This document shows, in pieces, positions 18,615-28,090 of a stretch of DNA of 64,000 bases. The notes beneath the pieces are model-generated. The model had not been told where the DNA came from, made no database searches, and saw only the letters and a list, made by a program, of their open reading frames with translations. The position numbers and the translations under genes were made by a program. How positions within the stretch are numbered: the stretch's first letter is position 1; the number at the start of each line of letters is the position of its first letter. Source of the stretch: Nannocystis bainbridge (GTDB lineage Bacteria; Myxococcota_A; Polyangia; Nannocystales; Nannocystaceae); NCBI RefSeq assembly GCF_028368995.1, contig NZ_JAQNDL010000001.1, positions 864,001-928,000 of the forward strand. Reading direction: 5' to 3'.

Positions 18615-20171
18615 TCATCCGGCGTAGGCCTCGTCCTGCTCGATCTTGCTGAGCACCCAGTCGAACTCGCCGCGCGTCAGGTGAGCGCCGCAGTACTCGC
18701 ACGCGCCGGCCATGGAGACGCGGTCGAGCGGCGCCCCGCAGTTGGGGCAGTTCGCGTCCGCGGCCGGCTTGCCGCGGACCTTCGCCCCGCGGATCAGCGT
18801 CCAGTACTCGCTGTACGTGCGCGGGTACTTGGCGCTGCCCGACACGTGATCCCCGTTCATGCGCGCCGTGTAGTCGAGGCCGCGGGCCCACACGCGCACC
18901 GTCAGCGCGTCGTACCAGCGGTCGCGCTCGAGCTTGACGATCACCAGCCGCAGCACCTGCGTGCCCGCGAGCACGTTGCGCAGGCCCTGGGCCCGGTAGG
19001 CGTCGATCCAGTACTGCAGGTAGTTGAACAGCGAGTCGGACACGAACGGCCGCACGCGGCGGAGGTCGAGCGCGGTCCAGCCGGCGTTGAGCTCGGCGTG
19101 GATCGTGCGCACGCGCTGGTCGATGCGCTCGGGCGAGGTCGACGGGTCCTCGGCGATCAGGGCCGCGTGGGCCTGCTGGATGCCGGGCATGAACAGCGTG
19201 CGGTCATCGGTGCCGACCTCCTCCGCGTGGTGCGTCAGCGGCGGCGGGCGCGACTCGAGCCTGAGCACGCGCACGTGATGGACCGACCAGTCGAACCGCC
19301 CGCCCTCGACCTGCTGGCCGCAGAAGCGGCACGCGCCGCTGTCGCTGCGCTCGAACGGCGCCCCGCAGTTGGGGCAGCCGAGCGCCGTCACCGTCTCCGG
19401 CGTGCGGCTCCTGGCGTCGGCGCGCCGCTGCAGCCGCCACGCCTCGCGCACGTAGAACCCGCGCTCGCCGTCGGGCAGCGCGGCGCTGTAGTTGGCCTCG
19501 AACGCGACCTCGACCTCGATCATCCCGTCGGGCGTCGCCGGCAGCTGGACCTTCTCGACCTGCATCGAGCCGATCACGACCCCGCGGATCGGCGCCCCGG
19601 TCGGCTCGCGCTTCATCAGCGTCCTGCGGGTCTCGGGCCCGACGTAGGGCGCCAGCGCCTCCATCGCCCGCGCGTCGCCGCGGGCCCCCTGGGCGCGGGC
19701 GTACAGCGCGTAGACGAAGTCGGCGAACAGCACCGGCGAGAAGTCCGGATCGAGGCGACGGATCGCCGCCAGGTCGCCGCGGCGACCCGCGTGGGTCGCC
19801 GTCGTCGGCGCGCTGTCCCACGTCTCCTCGGCCTGACGCTTCCGATCGCTGCGGTAGTGGAAGTAGACGACCACGCCGACGATGACCAGCAGCGGCACCC
19901 CGAGCTGCGGCACCTCGAACACCAGCCGCACCAGCAAGTAGAGGATCACCCCGCCGTCGCCGCCGCCGCTGCTGCCCCCGCTGAAGCCGCCGCCGCCGCT
20001 GCTGCCCCCGCCGGAGTAGCCGTGGCCGCCGCCCGGGCGCGCCGCCGCCTCGGCCGCCAGCGCCAACAGCACCGCCGCCGCCGCGATCGCCAGGCCCCTG
20101 GACCATGTCCGCCAGGACATGCCCTTCGCGCCATGCCCCCGAGAGCATGTCCCTTGCGACATGTCCTTCAT
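18615..20171 (-). CDS. TIM44-like domain membrane protein with zinc-ribbon motifs
   Basis: ARPGGGHGYSGG glycine tract, DPDFS, two NTF2/Tim44-like domains (YSEYWTL), CPNCGAP...CxFC/CEYC twice. ATG 20171 overlaps the upstream TGA. Confidence 0.85.
   Translation of the reverse strand: MKDMSQGTCSRGHGAKGMSWRTWSRGLAIAAAAVLLALAAEAAARPGGGHGYSGGGSSGGGGFSGGSSGGGDGGVILYLLVRLVFEVPQLGVPLLVIVGVVVYFHYRSDRKRQAEETWDSAPTTATHAGRRGDLAAIRRLDPDFSPVLFADFVYALYARAQGARGDARAMEALAPYVGPETRRTLMKREPTGAPIRGVVIGSMQVEKVQLPATPDGMIEVEVAFEANYSAALPDGERGFYVREAWRLQRRADARSRTPETVTALGCPNCGAPFERSDSGACRFCGQQVEGGRFDWSVHHVRVLRLESRPPPLTHHAEEVGTDDRTLFMPGIQQAHAALIAEDPSTSPERIDQRVRTIHAELNAGWTALDLRRVRPFVSDSLFNYLQYWIDAYRAQGLRNVLAGTQVLRLVIVKLERDRWYDALTVRVWARGLDYTARMNGDHVSGSAKYPRTYSEYWTLIRGAKVRGKPAADANCPNCGAPLDRVSMAGACEYCGAHLTRGEFDWVLSKIEQDEAYAG
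20104..20165. repeat. 14-bp unit array at the 5' end of the TIM44-like CDS
   Basis: CATG at 20104, 20118, 20132, 20146, 20160; perfect units at 20106 and 20148. Confidence 0.9.
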
Positions 20172-20788
20172 GCCAGCACCTCGTCGGGCAGCTCGTTGAC
20201 GTCGTCCTCGCCGCGCGGCAGCGCGTCGGCGCACAGCGCCCCCAGGGCTTGCAGGTGCGGCGCCAGCTCGCTCGCGCGCGCCCCCGCGGCCACGGCGGCC
20301 TGCAGCCCGGCGACCGCCTGGTCCCACGGCGCGCGCGGGACCTCGCGGCGGACCCCGCGGTCGGCCAGGACCACCGCCGCCCGCTCGGTCAGCGACACGT
20401 ACACGAACACCCCCGTGCGACCGCGGGTCTCCATCACCCCGTGGTCGAGGAACCCGGCCTTGGCCGCGCGCAGCACCGCCTCGTCCCGCCACGCGCGCGG
20501 CGTCAGCAGCCGGGCCAGCGCGTGCGCGTGGCGGACCAGCCACGCCGCCACCAGCCCGGCCAGCAGCGGATCGATCAAGAACCAGTGCAGCCCGAACGCC
20601 GGCTCGCCGTACAGCAGGAACGCCAGCGTCACCGTCGCCGCCAGCCCGCCGACCAGCGCCGGCACGTGGGCGTAGCGCTCGGACGTCGGCCGCACCGCGA
20701 TCACCAGCTCCGCCGAGGTCCCCGCCTCGAACGCCTCGATCGCCCGGCGCAGCGCGCCCTTCCCGTCGTCGGCGAAGAACCCTGCCAT
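20168..20788 (-). CDS. TPM-domain-like membrane protein
   Basis: AIEAFEAGTSAELV, TRGRTGVFVYVSLTER, LADRG, DVNELPD. Start ATG 20788. Confidence 0.85.
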   Translation of the reverse strand: MAGFFADDGKGALRRAIEAFEAGTSAELVIAVRPTSERYAHVPALVGGLAATVTLAFLLYGEPAFGLHWFLIDPLLAGLVAAWLVRHAHALARLLTPRAWRDEAVLRAAKAGFLDHGVMETRGRTGVFVYVSLTERAAVVLADRGVRREVPRAPWDQAVAGLQAAVAAGARASELAPHLQALGALCADALPRGEDDVNELPDEVLA

Positions 20789-20790
20789 CG

Positions 20791-21963
20791 TCAGCCTCCT
20801 CCGTCGCGCAGCTCGAACACGTAGTCGGTGCCGCCGCCGCGGACCCGCAGACGACCTGCCTCGAGGAACAGGTAGTCCGGCCCGCGCCGCAGCGGCGTCG
20901 TGCTCACCGTCTTGCCGGTCGTCGCGTCGAGCACGTAGAGCTGCCCGGGCCCGCCCGCGGTCCCGTGGCCGCTGTAGACGTGGCCGCGGTGGACCACGAA
21001 GTCGGCCGCGTTGGCCACCCGCGGCGCGCTGCGCCACAGCAGCTCGCCGCTGTCCACGTCGAGCGCGGTGATGAAGCCGTCATCGCCCCGCGCCTCCGCG
21101 GCATGGGCGTGGCCGACCAGCAGCACCGGGCCGGCGATCGCGGCCCAGGTCGCGCGCTGAGCCGCGCTCGTCCGCTCGCCCGCGGCCGTCCCTGGCGGGA
21201 GCGCGTAGGCCTCGAAGTCGAACAGCGCCACGATCTCCGCGGTGTCCTCGCGCTGGACCGCGACCAGCCGCCCGCCCGCGTAATCGGCCCCGTAGAACAA
21301 AATGTTGAAGCCGTCCTGGTGGATCGCCTGGACCAGCAGGAACTTGCCGAACGTCGGCGGGATCGTCGGCGGCAGCGCGCCCGGGTCGCCGCGCATCGGA
21401 TTTGGCACCGCGTACTCCGGCAGCGCCAGGCCGTTGCGCGTCAACCACTCGGCGTCGCCGCTCGCGTCGGTCCGCTCCGACACCAGCGTCAGCGTCGGCG
21501 GCGGACCGGCCTCGATCGGCGCCGGTCTCTTCGTCACCTGGGCCCACGGCGGCGCCGGCAGCACGGTCGCCGTGCTGCCCGCGAACCACTCGCTGACCCG
21601 CGCCTGCGTAACCAGCAACGCCTCCGTCGCCGCGTCGAACAGCGCCTGCGTCGCCAGGTTGTCGGGCGCCGCGTCGAGCACCTCGGCGAACGCCTGGCGC
21701 GCCAGGTCGTGGCGACCGCCGTCCATCGCCGCCACCCCCTCGGCCCGCCGCCGCGCCAGCGCGGGCGGCAGCGCCTCGCCGCCGATCGTCACGACCTGTC
21801 CCAAAGGACCGGTACTCGCCTTCGCCGCGCCGGGGCCCGCCGGAGGGGCCGAAGTCGCGGCCTCGCCGGGCGAGCGCGACGGATCGCCGCGGCGACACGC
21901 CGCGAGGACGATCACGAGCGCGAGGGCGCTCCCGCGGCGGGCCTTTCGTCGCACCGGCCGCAC
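20791..21963 (-). CDS. Lipoprotein with TPR-like helix and C-terminal PQQ-type beta-propeller repeats
   Basis: Lipobox LAAC; ALDVDSGELLW and VLDATTGK repeats. Confidence 0.75.
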   Translation of the reverse strand: MRPVRRKARRGSALALVIVLAACRRGDPSRSPGEAATSAPPAGPGAAKASTGPLGQVVTIGGEALPPALARRRAEGVAAMDGGRHDLARQAFAEVLDAAPDNLATQALFDAATEALLVTQARVSEWFAGSTATVLPAPPWAQVTKRPAPIEAGPPPTLTLVSERTDASGDAEWLTRNGLALPEYAVPNPMRGDPGALPPTIPPTFGKFLLVQAIHQDGFNILFYGADYAGGRLVAVQREDTAEIVALFDFEAYALPPGTAAGERTSAAQRATWAAIAGPVLLVGHAHAAEARGDDGFITALDVDSGELLWRSAPRVANAADFVVHRGHVYSGHGTAGGPGQLYVLDATTGKTVSTTPLRRGPDYLFLEAGRLRVRGGGTDYVFELRDGGG

Positions 21964-22016
21964 TGTAGCGCAACCTCCCGCGTGACAGCCTCGCCGCGAC
22001 CCCCTATCGTCCCCGC

Positions 22017-22589
22017 GTGACCTCTCGTCGGCTCTTTTTCGCGTGCGCGCTGGCGGCCGGGTGCGGCGACGCCGGCGGCCCCGGCAGTGACGGCGGCTCC
22101 GCCAGCACCGGCTCGGTCGTCGAGATCGACGGTACCATGGTCGACCTCGTGAAGCCGCAGCTGTGGCTGCAGCTCGGGGCCGACGCCGACCCGCTGCCGG
22201 ACCACCGACCGGCCAGCGTCGAGTGCCCGCTCGGCGCCGGCTGGCTGGTCGAGGTCACCGGCTTCGAGGTCAACACCGGCGGCTGCAACTACGGCGCGTT
22301 CACCCAGCCGACGCTCCGCGAGATCGTGCCCGGAGCGCAGATCTCGCTGAACCTCTACCACTTCGACCTCGTCGCCGCCGAGCCCGCGACCGCGCACGCC
22401 GTGATCATGATCGGCGACCACGTGGTGCTCGAGCGCGAGGTCGAGATCCCCGGCAAGGCCATGGTCTACGACATCGACCTCGTCGCCGACTTCGCGCTCG
22501 CGGCCGGCGAGCCGGTGGTGTTCCACCTGCACAACCACGGCCAGAACACGTGGACCCTCGCCAGCATCCAGGTCGAGGTCGAAGACTGA
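22017..22589 (+). CDS. Hypothetical lipoprotein
   Basis: LAAGC lipobox, GC3-biased codons, His-rich HLHNHG motif near the C-terminus. Confidence 0.75.
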   Translation: MTSRRLFFACALAAGCGDAGGPGSDGGSASTGSVVEIDGTMVDLVKPQLWLQLGADADPLPDHRPASVECPLGAGWLVEVTGFEVNTGGCNYGAFTQPTLREIVPGAQISLNLYHFDLVAAEPATAHAVIMIGDHVVLEREVEIPGKAMVYDIDLVADFALAAGEPVVFHLHNHGQNTWTLASIQVEVED

Positions 22590-22682
22590 CGCGCAGCCGT
22601 GACCTTTCGTTCCGTGACAATTCGTCGCCGCTGAAGTAACCCTCGATCTCGCGGGCCCAGGCCCGGAGAGGGTCGACGGACG

Positions 22683-24152
22683 ATGTTCATCCAGAAGATG
22701 TGCGGACCTGCGGCGGTCGTGCTGGCGTGCGTGACGACGATCGGCTGCAGCGACCCGGGCCCCGGCCTCGAGAGCGCCAGCGAGACCGCCGACGCCGGCA
22801 CCGAAGCCACCACCGCGAGCACGACCGGCACCACCGCGCCGACCACCACCGACGCGCCCGAGGCCGAGCCCGTCACCTGGCATCAAAACATCGCCCCGAT
22901 CTTCGTGCAGAAATGCAGCGGCTGCCACAGCGACGGCGGCATCGCCCCGTTCTCGCTGACCAGCTACGAGGCCGCCAAGCCGTTCGCTACCCCTGCCCTC
23001 GACGCGGTCGAGCGCGGCACCATGCCCCCGTTCCTGGCCGATGAGACAGCCGACTGTCGGCCGCGCCACGGCTGGCAGGACGACCCGCGGCTCAGCGACG
23101 ACGAGCTCGAGCTGCTGCGCGCGTGGGTCGACCAGGGCGCGCCGGAGGGCGACCCGGCCACCGCTGCGCCGCTGCCCGAGCCGCCCGAGGTCGCGCTGAA
23201 CGACGCCGACGTGCGCGTCGCCATCCCGACCCCCGTGTCGGTCGACGGCGACAAGGACCTGTTCCTCTGCTTCAGCCTCGACCCCGGCTTCGAGGACGAC
23301 ACCTGGATCGACGCCGTCCAGATCAGCGCCGGCAACCCGCAGGTCGTCCACCACGTGCTGGCCTACGTCGACGAGAGCGGCGCCTCGGCCGACAAGGTCA
23401 ACGAGGACGGCTACTACCCGTGTTTCGGCGGCCCCGGCATCAACACCGCCAACCTGATCGCCGCCTGGGCTCCCGGCATGACCCCGTTCGAGATGCCGCC
23501 CAAGGTCGCCTCGCGGGTCGCCGCCGGCTCGCGGATCGTCATGCAGGTCCACTACCACCCGACCGGCAAGCCCGAGCTCGACAGCGACACCTCGCTCGAC
23601 CTGCGGATCCACGACACCGTGCCCGAGTTCGTCGGCATGCTGGCGCTGATCGGCAACAGCGAGGGCCCGCAGCTGCTGCCGAGCGAGCACGACGACAAGG
23701 GCTACCCGGAGTTCCGGATCCCCGCCGGCGTCGAGAACCACGTCGAGCAGATGCTGTTCAAGCTCGACGACGTCCCGCCGCTGCGCGTGTTCGCCGTCGG
23801 CACGCACATGCACTACGTCGGCACCGACATGCTGGTCGGCCTCCAGCGCCCGAGCCCCGACGGTGACGAGCCCGCCGAGGAGTGCCTGCTGCAGACCCCG
23901 CGCTGGGACTTCAACTGGCAGCGCACCTACAGCTACGACGCCGCGCTCGACGCCGTCCCGCAGGTCACCGCCGGCGACCAGCTGTACCTGCGCTGCACCT
24001 ACAACAACAGCATGTCGAACCCGTTCGTGGTCCAGGCGCTGGCCCAGCAGGGTCTGGACGCGCCCAAGGACGTCCGCCTCGGCGAGGAGACCCTCGACGA
24101 GATGTGCCTCGCCGTGGTCGGGATCGCCATCGCCCTCAAGGACGCGATCTGA
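22683..24152 (+). CDS. Lipoprotein with heme c site and copper type II (PHM/DBH-like) monooxygenase-like domains
   Basis: CSGCH, MPP, AWVDQGAPEG; VVHHVL, HMH and EMC copper-ligand motifs; WDFNWQ. Confidence 0.82.
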   Translation: MFIQKMCGPAAVVLACVTTIGCSDPGPGLESASETADAGTEATTASTTGTTAPTTTDAPEAEPVTWHQNIAPIFVQKCSGCHSDGGIAPFSLTSYEAAKPFATPALDAVERGTMPPFLADETADCRPRHGWQDDPRLSDDELELLRAWVDQGAPEGDPATAAPLPEPPEVALNDADVRVAIPTPVSVDGDKDLFLCFSLDPGFEDDTWIDAVQISAGNPQVVHHVLAYVDESGASADKVNEDGYYPCFGGPGINTANLIAAWAPGMTPFEMPPKVASRVAAGSRIVMQVHYHPTGKPELDSDTSLDLRIHDTVPEFVGMLALIGNSEGPQLLPSEHDDKGYPEFRIPAGVENHVEQMLFKLDDVPPLRVFAVGTHMHYVGTDMLVGLQRPSPDGDEPAEECLLQTPRWDFNWQRTYSYDAALDAVPQVTAGDQLYLRCTYNNSMSNPFVVQALAQQGLDAPKDVRLGEETLDEMCLAVVGIAIALKDAI

Positions 24153-24154
24153 AG

Positions 24155-24230
24155 CCTGTCCCCGAGGACATGCCCCACGAGGCATGCGCTCCCGGACAGG
24201 TCTCCAGGGACATGCCCCTTCGGGCATGTC
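24155..24230. repeat. 14-bp unit array at a convergent junction
   Basis: Cores at 24155, 24169, 24183, 24197, 24211, 24225. Confidence 0.9.
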
Positions 24231-24243
24231 CCGAAAGCGACTC

Positions 24244-24783
24244 TCAGTAGTCGATCAGGTCCGGATCGATCCGGCGGGACGTGTGGACCACCTCGGGCTG
24301 GACTTTGCCGGCCCTGGGCAGCTCGGGCTCGGGGGCGTCGCCGTCGCGCCACACGCAGCCGAACACCCGTGTGCTCGCGCGCGCGGCCACGGCCGCCGCC
24401 GTGCACTCGCCGTCGAGCGCGGGCGTCAGCTTCGCGTCGGCCCCTGCGGCCAGCCAGGCCGCCATCTGGGCCTTGAGTACCCGCGCGTGGGCCTCGCGGC
24501 TGTCCGCGGGCAGCTTGTCGGCGATGCAGGTCCGGTAGCGATCGGCGTAGGCGTCGCAGGCCGGCACGCCCGTGTTCCCGTCGGCGACCGCGACCGGCGG
24601 CGCGGGTTCGGGCGTCGGCGCGGGCGCCTCGACCCTCGCCGGCAAGGTCGGCGGCACCACTTCGGGGGCGGGCTTCGCTGCGGGCTGCGCCTCGGGCTTC
24701 GCTGTCGGCTGCGGAGCGGGCTCCGGCGCGGTGCAGGCGACGAGCCACAGGCAGAGCAAGGTGCAGGGGCGCGAGCGCGACAT
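24244..24783 (-). CDS. Hypothetical lipoprotein (Pro-rich linker plus small Cys/helical domain)
   Basis: GGAGG Shine-Dalgarno before ATG 24783; LVAC lipobox; TGVPACDAY..Y..C motif. Confidence 0.75.
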   Translation of the reverse strand: MSRSRPCTLLCLWLVACTAPEPAPQPTAKPEAQPAAKPAPEVVPPTLPARVEAPAPTPEPAPPVAVADGNTGVPACDAYADRYRTCIADKLPADSREAHARVLKAQMAAWLAAGADAKLTPALDGECTAAAVAARASTRVFGCVWRDGDAPEPELPRAGKVQPEVVHTSRRIDPDLIDY

Positions 24784-24979
24784 CGATCCTCCTCCAGGGC
24801 GAACCGGGCCACGCCCGGCGACGACCTTGAGTTTCTCGCGGATCGCGGGAAGATGCGAACAGAAGCTGCGAAGGGAAGATCGCCGCTCGCTCGCGCGTAG
24901 CCACGATCGCGCCCGCTCCCCCGACCGGCCTCGCGCTCGCTCACGAACCTGTCTCTTCCACCCTGTCCTCGAGGTCAGC

Positions 24980-25618
24980 ATGTCCCGACTCGCGCTCGCC
25001 CTGTCCCTCGTCGTCACCGGCCTCGTCGTCAGCCTCCCGAACGCCGCCGACGCCTGCGGCAACAGCGTGCGGCGGGTCGTCGATCGCACCCAGGAGTACC
25101 TCCAGCGCGCCGAACAGCTGCTCGCCAAGGGTCAGTACAAGAAGGCCGTCGGGGCGGTCCGCGACGTGTTCGGCGACCGGGCCATCGCCGCCCACCGTGC
25201 CGGACCGGGCGCGCACCTCCACGCGCGCGCCCAGCGGATCCTCGCCCTCACCGTCGCGCGCAGCGGCGGCGACGTGCCGATCGGCATGGACCTCGGCGGC
25301 CCCGCGCAGGGCCGCAAGGACGCCGCGATCGCCTGGGCCGTGCTCACTCTGCGGCTGCAGGCCGGCGAGCAGCCGAGCCCCATGCAGACCGCCGAGCTGG
25401 CCGAAGCTCTGGCCCGGCAGGCCAGCGGCCGCGCCGAGGCCTTCGACCTGCTCAAGGGCCTCGGCGACGGCGACCTCATGCCGACCGCCCACGGCTGGGC
25501 CCTGCTCGCCGAGCTCAGCAAGCAGAACGGCGACGTCGAGCGCAGCAAGCAGGCCGTCGCGCGCTGCCTGCAGATGAACGCGCGCGGCGTGCAGTGCGAA
25601 GTCGCCGAGCAGGCCTAG
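24980..25618 (+). CDS. Secreted TPR-like helical protein (paralog 1)
   Basis: GAGG before ATG 24980; signal peptide ..ADA|CGN; similar to the downstream gene along its length. Confidence 0.8.
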   Translation: MSRLALALSLVVTGLVVSLPNAADACGNSVRRVVDRTQEYLQRAEQLLAKGQYKKAVGAVRDVFGDRAIAAHRAGPGAHLHARAQRILALTVARSGGDVPIGMDLGGPAQGRKDAAIAWAVLTLRLQAGEQPSPMQTAELAEALARQASGRAEAFDLLKGLGDGDLMPTAHGWALLAELSKQNGDVERSKQAVARCLQMNARGVQCEVAEQA

Positions 25619-25642
25619 CGCGCCGCACCGGCGTTGCCGATG

Positions 25643-25760
25643 TATGACTCTTTGGACATGTCCCGTTAGACATCTCGCTCCTCACGCCTGAAGCCGTCGA
25701 CGGGACCTGGCCCAGCGCCGGTCACCGCTCCCCGGCGCGACATGTCCATTCGAACATGTC
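25643..25760. repeat. 14-bp units between the TPR-like paralogs
   Basis: Cores at 25643, 25657, 25671 and 25741, 25755 (25741 is 6x14 from 25657); perfect unit at 25659. Confidence 0.7.
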
Positions 25761-25818
25761 GCTATTAGAGAAAACATCTCACGACAGGCCCGCCGTCACG
25801 GCGGAGCAGGTTCTTCGC

Positions 25819-26487
25819 ATGCGCAAAGCCATCGCCACAGTCATCCTCGTCTCGACGGTCTCCCTCCTCTCTCCCGCGTCCACGCGCGCCTGCGGCGGCA
25901 AGGGCCTGTGGGGCCCCGAGCATGACGAGTTGAACCAGGCCGCCAGGTCGATCGAGCGCGGTCGTCATGGCGAGGCCGTCGCGCAGGTGCGTCGTACCGT
26001 CAAGACGGCCGCCGAGTCGGCCTCGCCGGTCGCGGGCGCCGATCCATGGGTTCACAACCGGGCCCGCCAGCTGCTCGCCCTCGCGGTGGCGCGCAGCGCC
26101 GGCGCCGTGACGATCGCCCCGGGCCTCGGTGGCAAGCGCAAGGAGCACCGCAGCGCCGCGATCACCTGGGCGATCTCGGCGATGCGCGCCGACATCTCGC
26201 CGAGGACCGGCCAGCTCGCGTGCGAGCTCGGCCAGTGCCGCACCCTCGACGACCCGGCCTACACGGGGGCTCTGGCCGAAGCGCTGGCGCTCGTCGAGGA
26301 TTCGCGCCCCGAGGCCTACCGCTTGCTCAAGGATCTGGGCGACCATGATCTCATGCCGACCGCGCAGAGCTGGGCTGTGCTCGCCGCGCTCCACCGTCAG
26401 CGCGGCGAGCTCGAAGCCGGGGCCGTCGCCCTCGAACGCTGCCGCCAGCAGGCGGCCAAGGGGGTTCGGTGCGACGTCACCCTGTGA
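25819..26487 (+). CDS. Secreted TPR-like helical protein (paralog 2)
   Basis: Signal peptide ..TRA|CGG; shares VARS.G, LAEALA, LLK.LGD.DLMPTA..WA and RC......GV.C with paralog 1. Confidence 0.8.
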   Translation: MRKAIATVILVSTVSLLSPASTRACGGKGLWGPEHDELNQAARSIERGRHGEAVAQVRRTVKTAAESASPVAGADPWVHNRARQLLALAVARSAGAVTIAPGLGGKRKEHRSAAITWAISAMRADISPRTGQLACELGQCRTLDDPAYTGALAEALALVEDSRPEAYRLLKDLGDHDLMPTAQSWAVLAALHRQRGELEAGAVALERCRQQAAKGVRCDVTL

Positions 26488-27755
26488 TCGCCGGCCCGGG
26501 CGCGCAGCCCCGCGGCCTCGCCGTCGCTTCGCTGACTGTCCTTTTATTCATGTCGTGCGGGACAGGTCCAAAAGACCCGGTCGACATCCCCGCCCCCGCC
26601 ATGCCATCCGCCGTCCCCGCGGCCGTGCTCGAGCCGGCCGCCGACCCCGCCGCCGTCGCGCGCGGGCAGCTCCTCGTCGACCGCTTCGAGTGCGTACGCT
26701 GCCACGACATCCCCGGCCGTGAGCCGGCCCCGCTCGAGAAGCACTGCGTGCGCTGTCACCAGGACATCCTCGCCGGCCGGTTCCCGGCCCCGCCGGAGAC
26801 CCTGCGCGAGTGGCAGGGTCATATCCACCACCTCACCGACGTCCCCGCGCTGCGCGGCCTCGATCGCTTCCGCCGGGCCTGGCTGGCCGCATGGTTGCAT
26901 GCCCCGCACGACCTGCGCCCCGGCCTCGACACGACCATGCCGCGCCTGGCTCTCGGGACAGCCGAGGCCGCCGACCTGGCCGCCGCGCTCATCCCCGACG
27001 CCGAGGCCGCCGCCCCGATCGCCGGCGATCTCGAGCGCGGCCGCGAGCTGTTCGGCCTCAAGTCGTGCGCCCTGTGCCACCGCTTCACCGGCGCCCCGAC
27101 CATCCCCCCCGCGCCCCGGTTGCCCGTCCCGCTCGACGACGCCCAGCTACAGCGCGGCCTGGCCCAGGCCCCCGACCTCCGGTTCACGCGCGAGCGCATG
27201 CGCCCCGCCGCGCTCGTCGCCTGGTTGATCGATCCGCCGCGGCACAAGCCCGGCACGCCGATGCCCCAGATCCCGCTCACCGAGGCCGACGCGCGCGCCC
27301 TCGCGGCCTGGCTCGTCGAGGTCCCGCTCGCGCCGCCGCCCGCTCCGAAGCCCGTGCAGCGCCTCCCCTTGCTCGACCGCCGCGTCACCTGGGCCGAGGT
27401 CGAAGCCCAAGTGTTTAAAAAAACCTGCTGGCACTGCCACTCCGATCCGGACTTCGCCCGCGGCGACGGCGGCCCGGGCAACAGCGGCGGCTACGGCTTC
27501 ACGCCGCGCCGGCTCGACCTCGCCTCCTACACCGGCATCAGCTCGGGCAGCGTCGGCGACGACGGCAAGCGGCGCAGCGTGTTCGCCCCGCTGGCCGACG
27601 GGACCCCGCGGATCGTCGCCCACCTGCTCGCGCGCCACGCCGAGGTCGAGGGCGGCGCGCCGGAGCAGCGCGGCATGCCGCTCGGCCTCACGCCGGTGCC
27701 GCTGGCCGACATCCAGCTGGTCGACACCTGGATCGCCCAGGGCCGGCCGCAGTGA
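26484..27755 (+). CDS. Multiheme c-type cytochrome (4 CxxCH), probable lipoprotein
   Basis: CVRCH twice, CALCH, CWHCH, with MP axial-ligand motifs; GTG start overlaps the upstream TGA. Confidence 0.88.
   Translation: MIAGPGAQPRGLAVASLTVLLFMSCGTGPKDPVDIPAPAMPSAVPAAVLEPAADPAAVARGQLLVDRFECVRCHDIPGREPAPLEKHCVRCHQDILAGRFPAPPETLREWQGHIHHLTDVPALRGLDRFRRAWLAAWLHAPHDLRPGLDTTMPRLALGTAEAADLAAALIPDAEAAAPIAGDLERGRELFGLKSCALCHRFTGAPTIPPAPRLPVPLDDAQLQRGLAQAPDLRFTRERMRPAALVAWLIDPPRHKPGTPMPQIPLTEADARALAAWLVEVPLAPPPAPKPVQRLPLLDRRVTWAEVEAQVFKKTCWHCHSDPDFARGDGGPGNSGGYGFTPRRLDLASYTGISSGSVGDDGKRRSVFAPLADGTPRIVAHLLARHAEVEGGAPEQRGMPLGLTPVPLADIQLVDTWIAQGRPQ
26535..26580. repeat. 14-bp unit array in the cytochrome signal/lipobox-coding region
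   Basis: Cores at 26535, 26549, 26563, 26577; perfect unit TGTCGTGCGGGACA at 26551. Confidence 0.7.
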
Positions 27756-27756
27756 G

Positions 27757-27900
27757 CCTGGCGCAAGGGACATTTCTCTTCAAACATGTCCTTAAGAACA
27801 TTCTCGAAGGAGCATGTTCAAACGGACATCTAATTTCGCCCGATCGGCGACACCCATGTCCTCCGGGACACCTCGTCGTCGGGCTCTGCTCGCAGCCATG
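27757..27900. repeat. Longest 14-bp unit array in the window (AT-richer, intergenic)
   Basis: Cores at 27757, 27771, 27785, 27799, 27813, 27827, 27855, 27869, 27897, all in one 14-bp phase. Confidence 0.88.
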
Positions 27901-28090
27901 GATTAGAGACACCTCCCTATCATCCCCGCCGCGGTCGGGCTTGCGCCCGCCTTCGCCGCCGCGCGGCGAGCTCGCCGCCGGGCGAGCGCGCTCACATGGC
28001 CGGTCAGAACTCCGCTCCGCAGCCTGCAGCGGCGGCGCGTCGGCGGCCTCGCGCCTTGGACCCGCGGCGGGCGTCAGGTAGCGTCCTGGC

